DNA of 32,219 nucleotides from Octopus bimaculoides. Taxonomy: Eukaryota. Position 1 is the first letter of the stretch; every line of letters starts with the position of its first letter. The notes beneath the pieces are model-generated. The model saw only the letters and a program-made list of their open reading frames with translations. It did no database searches and had not been told where the DNA came from. The stretch is taken from NCBI RefSeq assembly GCF_001194135.2, contig NC_069005.1, forward strand, positions 22,335,485 through 22,367,703. Direction: 5' to 3'. The translations under genes and the position numbers were made by a program. Positions 10,621 through 21,450 of this stretch are shown here, one piece after another.

Positions 10621-11510
10621 TCGTCAGTAATTAATCACCAGTTAGATGCGATCTCATTGCTTCAGCTTTTCTATGCTCCTACCTAGTGGAAGATCGTGAC
10701 TATACTATACATTGTTACAGTTGGGGCAAATGCACACTCTCTCCTTCCTTTCCAATCTATTGTAGATTCTGATGGAACAAGTGCACCATCAAGTTGACGA
10801 CAACACTGCAGTGGTTCTCAAAATGACAAATACTTGATACTCCTCTAAAGAAACATTTTACTTTTACCTCCACCTTTGTTTGTTAGCGCCAAAACATTTA
10901 AAACCATCTGAATTTTAGTGAATGTGGCGATTTGTTCGCATCCTTTTCAATCCTCTTGCGAGCCCTCGCCTATCACTACCGCCACTAGAATCACTGCTCT
11001 GCTGCACGCCCCGACATGCAGTGGTTAACATGTTATACTCTCTCCACTGTCTAATTTCTGTACACCTGTTATTGTATAACTCCCGGTCGGTTCTGATCAA
11101 AGAGACCCATGATACACTAAGCTTCACGATCAAACAGTGTTGTTTGATGAAGTGAATTATTTGATTTATAAGTAATTAGAATTGCTAAGCCAGTGAAGGC
11201 CCGGTTCATGTGAAAGAAATTTTCTAGAATGGGTGGATTAGGTGGAACGGGGGTGATCAGTGTCGATATGAATCGAACTGCAAATTTAAAGAGACTTGAG
11301 ATGTTAATGTCTGACAGGAAATCAAATGAGGCCAGCATTTCAGTGGGGAGGGGAAGAAAATAAGGTTGATGGGTTCATTTTTACCTGATGGACGACCTTC
11401 TCTGAAATATTTTTCTCTCTACACCTCTTCATTCCCTTGTAGTTGTTGTTTAACCTGCTAGAAATGATAGCCAAATATCCCTTCAAAAGCATACACTAGT
11501 GACTTCTTTA

Positions 11511-11939
11511 TAATACTGGTTTCAAATTTTGGTACAAGGCCAACAATTTCGGGGGAGGAGTTAAGTCGATTACATCGATCCCAGCGTTCAACTGGTACTT
11601 ATAATATCGACCCCGAAAAGATAAAAAGGCATAGTCAAATTCGGTGGAATTTGAACTGAGATAGTAAAGACGCATGAAATATCTGTTGCCAAGCATTTTG
11701 TCCGGCTTGCTAACGATTCTGCCAGCTCGTCGCCTTTTCTTTTGTAATAATAAGGTTTCAAATTTTGGCACAAGGCCAGCAACTTTAGGGGAAAGTGGTT
11801 AGTCGATTACATCGACCCCAGCACTTTTCTGTTATTTTAATATATCAATTAAGAAAGATTGAAAGGCAAAGTTGACCTCAGAGTATTTTGAACTTAGAAC
11901 TTGTCTGACGCATTAATGATTCTACGAGGTCGCTGCTTT
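11511..11939 (-). mobile_element. Two head-to-tail Meta-type SINEs
   Basis: Copies 11511-11735 and 11745-11939, each GGTTTCAAATTTTGG(C/T)ACAAGGCCA...GTCGATTACATCGA...AAGGCA...head. Confidence 0.88.
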
Positions 11940-11957
11940 AATAAGAAGAATAAGAAT

Positions 11958-12342
11958 AACAAGAGCGCTCAGAGAGCGCAAACCGCCGCCAAGGTAACAT
12001 CAATGTCTTCTCAACGATTTGCCGGAGATGATTTTTAAAATGAGAATATCTGAAATAAACTCGGCTGCTTTCACAAACGAGAATACTAAGAATGAACCCG
12101 ACGGTTCTCAAAAATTAAATAACAAAAAAAAAACAAAAAAAAAACGGAAAAACAATCCAGAATCCTTGCCGGTACCAGATCGATTCTAAAATCTAATCAG
12201 TTCGTACCAGTCACGAGGCCAAACATCCCTAAAAGTTTCATCCGAATCCACCCAGCGGTTCTTGAAATATCTTGTCCACGGACAAAGAAACAAACAAACG
12301 CGACTGAAAACAATACCTCCACCTACGCAAAGGCGGAGGTAA
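11958..12342 (-). mobile_element. Non-autonomous Helentron-type element (HINE / Pearl-like)
   Basis: One end has the hairpin ACCTCCACCT-ACGCAA-AGGCGGAGGT (12315-12340) next to an (ACAA)-type microsatellite. The other end has a matching subterminal repeat ACCGCCGCC (11982-11990) and a palindrome GCGCTC-AGA-GAGCGC (11965-11979). It is inserted in AA/TT-rich sequence with no TSD. Confidence 0.75.
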
Positions 12343-12728
12343 TAATAATAATGATAATGGTTTCAAATTTTTCCACAAGGTCAGCCATTTGGGGGAGAGG
12401 ATGTATCGATTATATCGACCCCGGTGTTCAACTGGTACTTAATTTATCCTCCCCGAAAGGATGAAAGGCAAAGTCGACCTCGGCGGAATTTGAACTCTGA
12501 ACGTAGCGACAGACGAAATACTGCTAAGCATTTCGCCCGGCATGCTAACAATTCTGCCAGCTCGCTGCCATAATAATAATAATAATAATAATCCTTTCTA
12601 CTGTAGGCACAAGGCCTGAAATTTCGAGGGAATGGGTAAGTCTATTACATCGACCCCAGTGCTCACCTGGTACTTATTTTGTCGAATCTCGTAAAGATGA
12701 AAGGCTAAGTCGATTCTGCTAACTCGCC
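12343..12728 (-). mobile_element. Two head-to-tail Meta-type SINEs
   Basis: Well-preserved copy 12343-12569 and an internally deleted copy 12571-12728, separated by (TAA)n. Confidence 0.88.
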
Positions 12729-13350
12729 AAAAACTATTACTGACTTAAAAATTTTTTTAGCTTCCCACATCATTATTAAGCAGAACATAAAAACAGTTTG
12801 TATCCATATAATACGTTCCTCACTATGATATCTTCCTATTCTGTGAGAAATTCTGTATCTGATGATACAATCCATTTTAAAAAATTAAAAAATAACGAAA
12901 TGGGCACGGTTGGAATACCGTTGATTATGTCTACCTAATCAAAATTCAACTGGAGGTGAGACAGTAACAACAACGGCTGTCTATATATCAACTACGCCCT
13001 CTTCTGGTACATGTTCTTTTAGCTGTTCGGTTTGGTGTCAAACACCAGGAAAACCCTTCACCCTGCTACACAGGCTCAACCGCCACCAACACTATAACTG
13101 CTGCTGCTGTTGTTGTTGTTATCATCATTATTATTCTCATCCCACTTCGTCTCTCCTTACATCGAAATTAAACTGTCACCATCATACATCTACCCGTCCA
13201 CCCACACCTACACATTCACCCTTCTGCCCTCTCTCCCTTACTTCCTAACACATTTAATCACCATTTACTATCCCTGCACATCTACCTCTATTATATAATG
13301 GCTACCAGCAGTGATAGTTATTACTCTCCTCTGTACACACACAAGCAAGC

Positions 13351-13376
13351 ATGTGTGTGTGTGTGTGTGTGTGTGG

Positions 13377-13408
<32 letters not shown>

Positions 13409-13661
13409 ACGCACACTCGTATGAGGACAACACACGAATGGGCACGCGCATGAATGATTGGGTGGGCGTGTTTAAACACTAAGTGCTGTCTTATGATGCC
13501 GTTCATGTTTTTGTAGTTTCTGAATGTGGATGGTAATGGTAGGTGATGTGATAGTATGAAAAGTAAGGTGAGGAAGCAAGTATATTTGTATGTTTTTTTT
13601 TGTTTTTGTTTCGTTTTTTAAATTATTTGTCACTTGTGTGTGTGTGTGTGTGTGTGTGTGT
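13351..13661. repeat. (GT)n(AT)n compound microsatellite at about 13351-13400 and (GT)n at about 13635-13661
   Basis: Direct reading. Confidence 0.9.
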
Positions 13662-13769
13662 TTGAGTGGTGGATATGTATTATTCAACCGCACGTACTGG
13701 CTTTTCGCTCAATCGACCTTTCGCATGATCGGTGATTTGGAAAGGAAAAAAATGAATGACACCGTAAGC

Positions 13770-13985
13770 TAGAATAGATCATAGCTTTCTTTGAAATTTC
13801 CAAGATATAATGTTGACCATGTTTTTTGGCAAGCGGCAATTAGTTCGTTCTGTTTATTTAAGATGGTGGGTAGGATGGTGAAAGATGTGGAGTTTATCTG
13901 CAAGACCGTTATCGCAGTTTTTTTTTTATATATTAGCTTTGCAAGCATTCTAATGTTGACTTGTATGGAGACAGACTTGGCATAA
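13770..13985 (-). mobile_element. Possible decayed Penelope-like element, GIY-YIG C-terminal fragment
   Basis: Minus-strand frames give KNCDNGLADKLHIFHHP and, after a frameshift, ILNKQNELIAAC....LYLGNFK. This resembles the CxLCLxEKxxI...LLNKRxELxxxCRH..K..LxNFK end of PLE endonucleases as I recall it. Confidence 0.45.
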
Positions 13986-14094
13986 TGAAGGCATGTCGTA
14001 GATGAGGTCGCGAATGACAGTGAAAAGAATCCAACAAATTCTCTGATTGAGCGATTGATCGAACGATTGAGCAAGCAATTAGTTAATTATAAGG

Positions 14095-14375
14095 CTATGG
14101 GATTATTCGATTACATCGACTCCAGTGTTCAACTGATACTTTATTTTATCGACTCCGAACAATAAGATGAAAGGCAAAGTCAACCTCGGCGAAATTTGAA
14201 GGTAAAACGACAATACACAAACACGCCGACAAACATACCACACTAACAAAATTTAATCCCGAGTTTCTTTTCTTGTCTCCCTTGAAACATTCCGTGTCAA
14301 TCAGTTTTATACGGACGTCATTACAATTGAAAAGTTGGGAGAAATACCGCTCGGTATTTTGTCCGGCGTGTTGAC
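14095..14375 (-). mobile_element. Interrupted Meta-type SINE
   Basis: Body at 14095-14200 (TCGATTACATCGACTCCAGTG...AAAGGCAAAGTCAACCTCGGC) and a head remnant at 14340-14375, separated by about 140 bp of unassigned sequence. Confidence 0.7.
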
Positions 14376-15109
14376 TGATATAATAAAAAGTGAAATAGAA
14401 CCAAGACGTATGTTTCTTCATGGCAAAATGAAACTTCCCCAAGAATCAACATCAAATGTAATTAAAATTTTGAAAAAATACCACTGATGTAACGTCTTAA
14501 TGTGCCATTGATAGACAATAGCTGAAATTCGCTGATGTGTATATGACCTTACTTGGTGGTTACTGAATTTTCTTCCCACACCTATAAACCAAGTGTTCAA
14601 GAGTGTGTGTGTGAGTGTGTATGTGTATTTCGTATGTCCGCGTACGCACACATGTTCAAACCCAGAGCCGATATGGCTCTAAGTAGGGCACTTAAACTGG
14701 ATACTTGACTCTACATTGAGTTGGAGTGGGCACGTGATGGTACATACAATGAGTAGGAGTGGACACTTGACATCATACCATACGAGTGTGGATTCTTTAA
14801 CAATAGATTTTTATCGGAGAGTTACGCTTAATTTTTACATTTAGGTTACAGATGACCAGTGCATTGAATTGAATTATACAGTGGAGAAAGAGACACAGTT
14901 TACATATCTCAACTGATACTGGTTTAAACTAGTATCTGAACTACCGTTGATTTGAACCTCAATTACCACTGATTTAAAATTAAGCTAACTGGTTTGGTGT
15001 TAATTAAATAATGTTTCAGATTAGATACGCTCTTAACTAACAACGAGGAGGAAGAGGAAGGAGAATACGTAACTAACAAATTAACTAATACTATATCTTA
15101 AATCAATTG

Positions 15110-15409
15110 TCTCAAACACTGGACCCCAGTCCTTTCTGGTACTATTCTTTCTGTTTCCTTCGAACTGCTGAATTGTGAGGACATAAACAAACACCAGTTG
15201 ACAAGCGGTAGAGGGGACAAACACACATTCTCACAATGCGTGAGCTCGCGCGCGCGCACGCACACACACACGTGGCTGTGTGGTAAGGAGCTAGCTTCCT
15301 AACCACATGGTTCCGGGTTCAGTCGCATCTTGGGCATATCTTCTCCAGCCTCGGACCGACCAAAGCCTTGTGAGTGGATTTGGTGGACGGAAACTGAAAG
15401 AAGCCCGTC

Positions 15410-15445
<36 letters not shown>

Positions 15446-15480
15446 TATCTGTGTGAATGTTTTGTGTTTGCTCCTCTCCC
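15110..15480. mobile_element. Two fragments of the long CORE-type SINE family in opposite orientation
   Basis: 15110-15232 is the reverse complement of the family middle (TTGTCAACTGGTGTTTGTTTATGTCC). 15272-15480 is a + strand head GTGGCTGTGTGGTAAGGAG...GGAAACTGAAAGAAGCCCGTCG with an internal (AT)n. Confidence 0.7.
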
Positions 15481-15810
15481 CCGAAATTTGAGATATTTAA
15501 AGCTGTTGGGAGCCTTTGATTAGTTAGATTAGTTATGCGATCGAGGAAACGCTGCAATCTTTTTTTTTTTTTATCTAACACCAGCGAATGGATCTGCTTT
15601 GCCGTTGATCAGTAATAATTTTGGCTTATACCAGTAATAGCGATATCACGTTGGCGATTATATTTAGAGCACCAACATTGAAGTTCGGGTCTAAGTTTTG
15701 CAACCTGTTGCCTCACATACTAATCTTAAAAGTATATTATCATAAGTAGAATGTCTTGGATCATATGTCAATCCGATTAGTGCTACCACGGATTAAAGAG
15801 AAACAACATA

Positions 15811-16032
15811 CGAGAGGTGCTGAAAAAATCCTGGCTTTGAGTAAAAGAAAATACAGGAGGTTCAGTTAATTATGATTTTATTCAACATATTCCCCTCTCA
15901 GATTCATACACTTATTGCAGCGGTCCTTCAATTTTTCTAAGCCCTGTAAAAGAACTTGAAAGGTTGGGCCTCCAACCAGGCCTTTCGCGACACCCATAAA
16001 GCACCCGCTCATACACTTTTCAACACCCCTCG
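15811..16032. mobile_element. Mariner-type MITE
   Basis: TA at 15809-15810 and 16033-16034; TIRs CGAGAGGTGCTGAAAA and TTTTCAACACCCCTCG (14/16 match). It ends about 240 bp upstream of the P450 exon acceptor. Confidence 0.85.
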
Positions 16033-16273
16033 TATATTGTCAGCATAGGGCCAACGTTCTTACTGATAACTACAAGTAGAAGTCACCTGTTAATGCACTG
16101 ATCTTTGTCTTACACTGGCTAGTCATGGCCATACACATCCATTATGGATACAAACCCATTAATGTTTTCATAATTTAATATACTATGCAGACCTTGTTCA
16201 ATATAAATGCAAATATTTTTGTCACTATTCATTTACATTCGTTTTATGCTTGCTTTTTTTTAACAATTTTCAG

Positions 16274-16795
16274 GTATCGTATGTACGAATGGTCTGACTT
16301 GGCGAGAACAACGGAAGTTGACGCTGCGGGTGCTCAAAGATCTTGGTCTCGGTCAGCACAGCATGGAGGATCGAATGCACGAGGAAGTGACAGCTTTTGT
16401 CAAGGCGCTGGATAGCAACGTGAATACGCCGTTCGATGCTCATGACTTGGTGCAGACAGCGGTGGCCAACGTGATTTGTTCACTTATGTTCGGTCGCAGG
16501 TTCGATTACGACAACCCACAGTTTAAGAAATACGTCCACGGTATCGATGAGAACTTCAAGAACATTGGTCTGAGCGCCATCGTTAACTTCTTCCCCATGC
16601 TGGAACATTTGCCCGGCGATCCGTTCAAATTCAAAAAGATTTTCAAGAACATTGAAAACATGGAGGAATTCCTGTCGACTGCCGTCACCGACCACATGAG
16701 AGAATACGAAGAAACAAACATCAAAGACTTCATTGATGCTTACATCAAAGAGATGAAACAGAGAGAAAAAACGGATCCCGATACATCACTAAATG
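16274..16795 (+). CDS. Cytochrome P450, CYP2 clan: internal coding exon (helix C to helix H)
   Basis: Acceptor ttttcAG at 16272-16273 and donor G|GTAAAT at 16796; 522 nt, phase 1 at both ends. Reads (G)IVCTNGLTWREQRKLTLRVLKDLGLGQHSMEDRM...ANVICSLMFGRRFDYDN...KDFIDAYIKEM...DTSLN. The WxxxR, GxGxxSxExR, NVIxSxxFGxRFDY and DFIDAY motifs are typical of CYP2 proteins. Confidence 0.95.
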
Positions 16796-16964
16796 GTAAA
16801 TATCACAAAAATAAATCCTTTTTTTCTAAAACAAAAAATAATTAGTTGGGGTTAATCATACAAATATTGTAGTTTGCTGGAAGCATTGCAAATATATACA
16901 GAAAACAGTTATAGAAGGCATTGCGTAATGTAGTTACAAAAAAAAATTTTACATTTCCTTAGAA

Positions 16965-17171
16965 CTGTGAATCTCAACCAGGTTCCATTAATTTTGCTGT
17001 TAAAATTTATGTGCAATAAATTGGTTATACTTCTATAATATACAAAATATTTCTATATTTTTTTATATAATTCCTAATAATATTTAATTATAAAATGTTA
17101 ATAGGATATTTTAAATGGCTATGAAGGTCCAATAGGGTAAAATAGGGATTAAAGGAAAGGGGTCCATAGAC
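16965..17171. mobile_element. hAT MITE (same family as 5442-5698, right end missing)
   Basis: Left end CTGTGAATCTCAACC; shares TTTTGCTGTTAAAATTTATGTGCAA...ATTCCTAATAATATT with 5442-5698. Confidence 0.75.
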
Positions 17172-17221
17172 TCCAAACTAAGCCAGTGGTTCTGAACCAT
17201 TAAAACATTTTTTATAGCTAA

Positions 17222-17970
17222 AATGGTTTCAAAATTTGGCACAAAGCCAGCAGTTTTAAGGTGACGGGTTTCGTCGATTACATTCCACCCCAGTGCTTGA
17301 CTGGTACTTTATTTTACCGATCCTGAAAGGATTAAAGGTAAAGTTGAGCTCGGAATATAAAGAGCTAGAAGAAATGCTGCTAAAGCATTTTGTCCAACAC
17401 ACTAATGATTCAACCAGTTTGCTGCTTTATAATAATAATCCTTTCTTACCAAAGGCACAAGGCCAGAAATTTGGGGGAGGGGGATGGTCGATTAGATCGA
17501 CCCTCACTACTCGACTGGTGCTTATTTTATCAACTCCGAAAGGATGAAAGGCGGGATTTAGGGCTCAGAACGTAAAGAGTCGGAAGAAATACTGCCATGC
17601 ATTTTGTCCGACGCACTAACGATTCTTCCAGCTGACTGCCTTAAGTGAGTTTAAAAGAATGATTTTAAATTTTGGTACAAGACTACCAATATTTGGGGAG
17701 AGGTAAGCCCTTTACATTGACTCCAGGGCAACGGTAAAGTATACGCACCCTACTCGTTTTCGGCGTTTAGGGTTAGGGCTACACCGAAAACGGGTGGTGT
17801 GCGTATTCTTTACCTCCACCGACTCCAGTTCTAACCTGTTATTTTATTGACCCCGCGAGGATTAGGCAAAGTCGACCTCAGTAGAAAATGAACTTAGAAC
17901 GTAATGAGTCGGAAGAAATGCTGCGAGGTATTTTGTCCGATGCGCTAATGATTTTGCCAGTGCGTCGCCT
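17222..17970 (-). mobile_element. Three head-to-tail Meta-type SINEs; the third is split by a 94-bp MITE
   Basis: Copies at about 17222-17428, 17430-17642 and 17660-17970. Confidence 0.87.
17727..17820. mobile_element. 94-bp foldback MITE with 8-bp TSD and a (TTAGGG)2 loop
   Basis: GACTCCAG is duplicated exactly at 17719-17726 and 17821-17828. The 40-bp arms (17727-17766 and 17781-17820) match 31/40; the loop is TTAGGGTTAGGGCT. Confidence 0.85.
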
Positions 17971-18386
17971 TGAGTGAATCTAAAATAATGAAATAGCAAT
18001 TAGGATATTTAAAGCAAATGGACACCTTAGTACGCCCAGCAGTTTTAAATGGGAAAATATACGTACCTCAGGCTGGCACTCTGCAGCATGCCAACCCAGT
18101 GAACGTATTTCTGTATCAGCCTCTCGTTCTGTTAATTTTTTTACCAGGAGGAATTTTTCTTGAACTATCAGAACTATTTAAATATCAAAAAACTTTATTT
18201 GATATTACAAACTACATTATCATTGCATTCTATAATGCACTGTGTGTGTCTGTTGAGGTCGTAATTGTAAAGCAAAAATAGTATATCTGTGTGAGAAATG
18301 TTGATTTAAGTTCATTCATAAGCTTGATGAGTACTGCTTAACTAATATTACCGCTGAAATATTTATATTCGCTCTGCACTACTTAT

Positions 18387-18389
<3 letters not shown>

Positions 18390-18453
<64 letters not shown>

Positions 18454-18845
18454 CTCACCCTTACATAGTTTGTGTGGGATAGGATTATGAATACATCTAC
18501 CCCACTGCACATAACCACCCAAGTGAAAAAAGATCTCGCGCACTTAAAATATACGTACGCACTGTGTGTGCGTGGGGTGTGTACAACGTATGTATCTGTG
18601 TGCGTGTATGGTATGTGTGTGTATTCTTGTGTGCGTATATGTATGTATCTTTCTGTGCATATATGTATGTATGGAAGTATCTTTGTTTGCATGTGCGTCT
18701 ATGTAAGTATCCGTGGGTGTATATGTATCTATATGTATATACATTTATTCTTAGGTGTGTAGATGTATACGTATGTATCTTTATGTATATACGTGTGTGC
18801 GTATTTTAGTATGTACATATCTTTGTATGTATACTCATGTATAAA
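18390..18845. repeat. (AC)n 18390-18450 and a degenerate (TATG/TG)n tract at about 18560-18845
   Basis: Direct reading. Confidence 0.9.
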
Positions 18846-19522
18846 CATCATGCTCAACACTTCCCCCGACACAAACCACCGCCACCACCAATTACCACCC
18901 TTCCTCCCCCTTAAAAAAAGGAGGTAGAACTGTCAGGAAGCAATCCTTGAAATGAAATATTAACCCAATTTCTCTAATTCTATCTACCCCACACCGCTAC
19001 CTCTTCTTTCGTCTTCTACTTCCCTTTCTTCCCCCCTTTAAAAAACATTGAACCAAATTCTTCGTAATTAGGACAGTGCTGGTCATGTGGTCAAATTAAT
19101 GACCTCCACATACAAATACACATGGATGCATGCATACATACATACATGCATACACTTAGTCTTGAGTTTTTGTTTCAAACGAAACGAGCTGATAGGTTGT
19201 ATTTAAACGTGTGAGTGTCCAGAGTGGGAGGGTGGTTTAGTCAAACATCCGCTGCTCCACTCTTAAGTACATGCACACTCCAGCCAAATTGACTGACCAT
19301 TACACCGGAAAACTTCTCCCATCCTCCTTCCTTTTTCCTTCCAGTGTTCCGCCTCCGCCACACCGAAATTTTTTCCCCTTTTTTTTTTTTTTGATTAATC
19401 TGTATTTAGAGGAAGAAAGTATATGTTCGTGGGAGGAGGGTGAGTGGGGAGACCTTGCTGGTTAAGGAAGTTTAGAGGTTTCATTTGTAAATGTGTGTAT
19501 GGTGGGGGTACTCTTGGACACC

Positions 19523-19927
19523 NNNNNNNNNNNNNNNNNNNNNNNNNNNNNNNNNNNNNNNNNNNNNNNNNNNNNNNNNNNNNNNNNNNNNNNNNNNNNN
19601 NNNNNNNNNNNNNNNNNNNNNNNNNNNNNNNNNNNNNNNNNNNNNNNNNNNNNNNNNNNNNNNNNNNNNNNNNNNNNNNNNNNNNNNNNNNNNNNNNNNN
19701 NNNNNNNNNNNNNNNNNNNNNNNNNNNNNNNNNNNNNNNNNNNNNNNNNNNNNNNNNNNNNNNNNNNNNNNNNNNNNNNNNNNNNNNNNNNNNNNNNNNN
19801 NNNNNNNNNNNNNNNNNNNNNNNNNNNNNNNNNNNNNNNNNNNNNNNNNNNNNNNNNNNNNNNNNNNNNNNNNNNNNNNNNNNNNNNNNNNNNNNNNNNN
19901 NNNNNNNNNNNNNNNNNNNNNNNNNNN
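19523..19927. other. Assembly gap (405 N) inside the P450 intron, followed by (CA)n 19928-19973
   Basis: Run of n. The flanking exons are phase-compatible, so no coding exon is required in the gap. Confidence 1.
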
Positions 19928-19977
<50 letters not shown>

Positions 19978-20134
19978 TCTCTCAGTGGTCGCCAAGACAC
20001 CATTAAATAAATACACACACCATATTTTGCATTGAGTTCTACATAGGAAAATGTTTAACCACTGCATAACATGTACACATATACTAAGTTAAAACATCCA
20101 CCACATTTCTCTCCTTCTCTGCTCTGTATGATAT

Positions 20135-20280
20135 GTGTGTGTGTGTGTGTGTGTGTCTGTGTTTGTCCCCTAACTTGGCTTGACAACCGATGCTGGTGTG
20201 TTTACGTCCCTGTAAATTAGCCGTTCGGTAAAAGGAGCCATGTGGCTGGGAAACAAACTCCTTACCACACAGCCACGCCT
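20135..20280. mobile_element. Rearranged CORE-type SINE: + strand middle fused to an inverted head
   Basis: TTGACAACCGATGCTGGTGTGTTTACGTCCC (+ orientation) joins at about 20240 to the reverse complement of the head AGGCGTGGCTGTGTGGTAAGGAG. Confidence 0.65.
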
Positions 20281-20425
20281 GTGCCTACCTCTCTCTCTCT
20301 CTTTCTCACACTCACTCTCTCTCACATACACACACACACACACACGCACTTCCGTCAGTTGAAATTCTTTCTATCTACACCTACGTAGTCTCCCTACTTA
20401 CAGTATTGTTTTTTGTATATTGCAG

Positions 20426-20869
20426 AAGAACAGCTGTGTAAAGTAATTGGTGACCTTCTAATAGCTGGCACAGAGACCACCACATCAACAATCTTGTGGG
20501 CCCTTGTCTATATGTTGCACTATCCCGATGTCCAGAAACGGATTCAAGCAGAAATTGACGAAAATGTAGAAGACGATCGTCTGCCCTCACTCAACGACAG
20601 GTCTCGTCTACCATATCTTGATGCATCTATAATGGAAATTCAGCGACGAGGCAACGTTGTCCAGCTGTTACTTGGACGACAGACACCGAAAGACATTACA
20701 TTTGGTGGATACACGATTCCAAAAGAAGCCATTATCATCCCCAATCTTGGTTCAGTAATGACAGACAAGGAAATCTGGGGCGATCCAGAAAATTTCCGAC
20801 CTGAACGATTTTTATCAGAGACAAAGGGTAAAAACGAAACGCCATCAGCCTTTATACCATTTTTTGTGG
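20426..20869 (+). CDS. Cytochrome P450, CYP2 clan: internal coding exon (helix I to meander and start of heme loop)
   Basis: Acceptor ttgcAG at 20424-20425 and donor G|GTAAGT at 20870; 444 nt, phase 1/1, in frame with the previous exon (G+AA = Glu). Encodes DLLIAGTETTT (helix I), EIQR (ExxR), FRPERF and FIPFFV(G). Confidence 0.96.
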
Positions 20870-20981
20870 GTAAGTTGATATTCTCGAGTTTCAATCATGC
20901 TTTTTCTTTATTTTGAAACCTCGTTTTGATATTCAGTGTTTGTTGGGGTTTATTAGATTGAGGTTGAGGTATCAACTAATA

Positions 20982-21095
20982 CACTGTGTAACAATTTTTG
21001 TCCTTGGGTAGCAACTGTTATTTGCTATTTGCTTACCCCTAGAAAGTATGAAAAAAATGACTAATATTTTCTTCAAACTTTGCTTTTGTTACACT
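20982..21095. mobile_element. Possible partial Tc1/mariner-type MITE
   Basis: TA-CACTGTGTAACAA at the left and TTGTTACAC at 21086-21094 form a 9-bp inverted match. The right terminus is not intact. Confidence 0.35.
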
Positions 21096-21450
21096 CTCAA
21101 ATCCCCAAAGAATCCCTCTCAACACATGGTTATGATGCTCCCCCATTACTTCTGCTCATGACCAGAGATGCACATATTGTCAGACACTAAGGGACATGCT
21201 CAAGTGGTTAAGATCAAACAACCAACATCCAAATCTGTGGTAGTGAGCAGAATATTTGCTATAATGATAAACAAAAGGAAGAGGAGGAACGAACACAAAA
21301 ACTTGCTAGAAGACTACAAACAAAGCTGCTCAGTCACAATACAATACAACAGTGTACTACCAAAATATAGCATGGTTAAACACCATCACAGTCAAATATT
21401 GAGGTGTTAAACACACATCAAGTTAAAAACCTATGTTGAAATAATAACAT

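Noticed and set aside
16480-16733. Minus-strand ORFs overlapping the P450 exons (also 20381-20590, 20640-20894)
   Set aside because: Antisense shadows of coding sequence with no independent motifs.
16796-16845. ORF-track extensions past the donors (also 20870-20916, and starts at 20413 and 22051)
   Set aside because: These are read-through into introns; GT-AG sites in matching phase define the true exons.
17767-17778. Telomere or telomere-fusion relic
   Set aside because: Only two TTAGGG units, located inside a TSD-flanked hairpin element.
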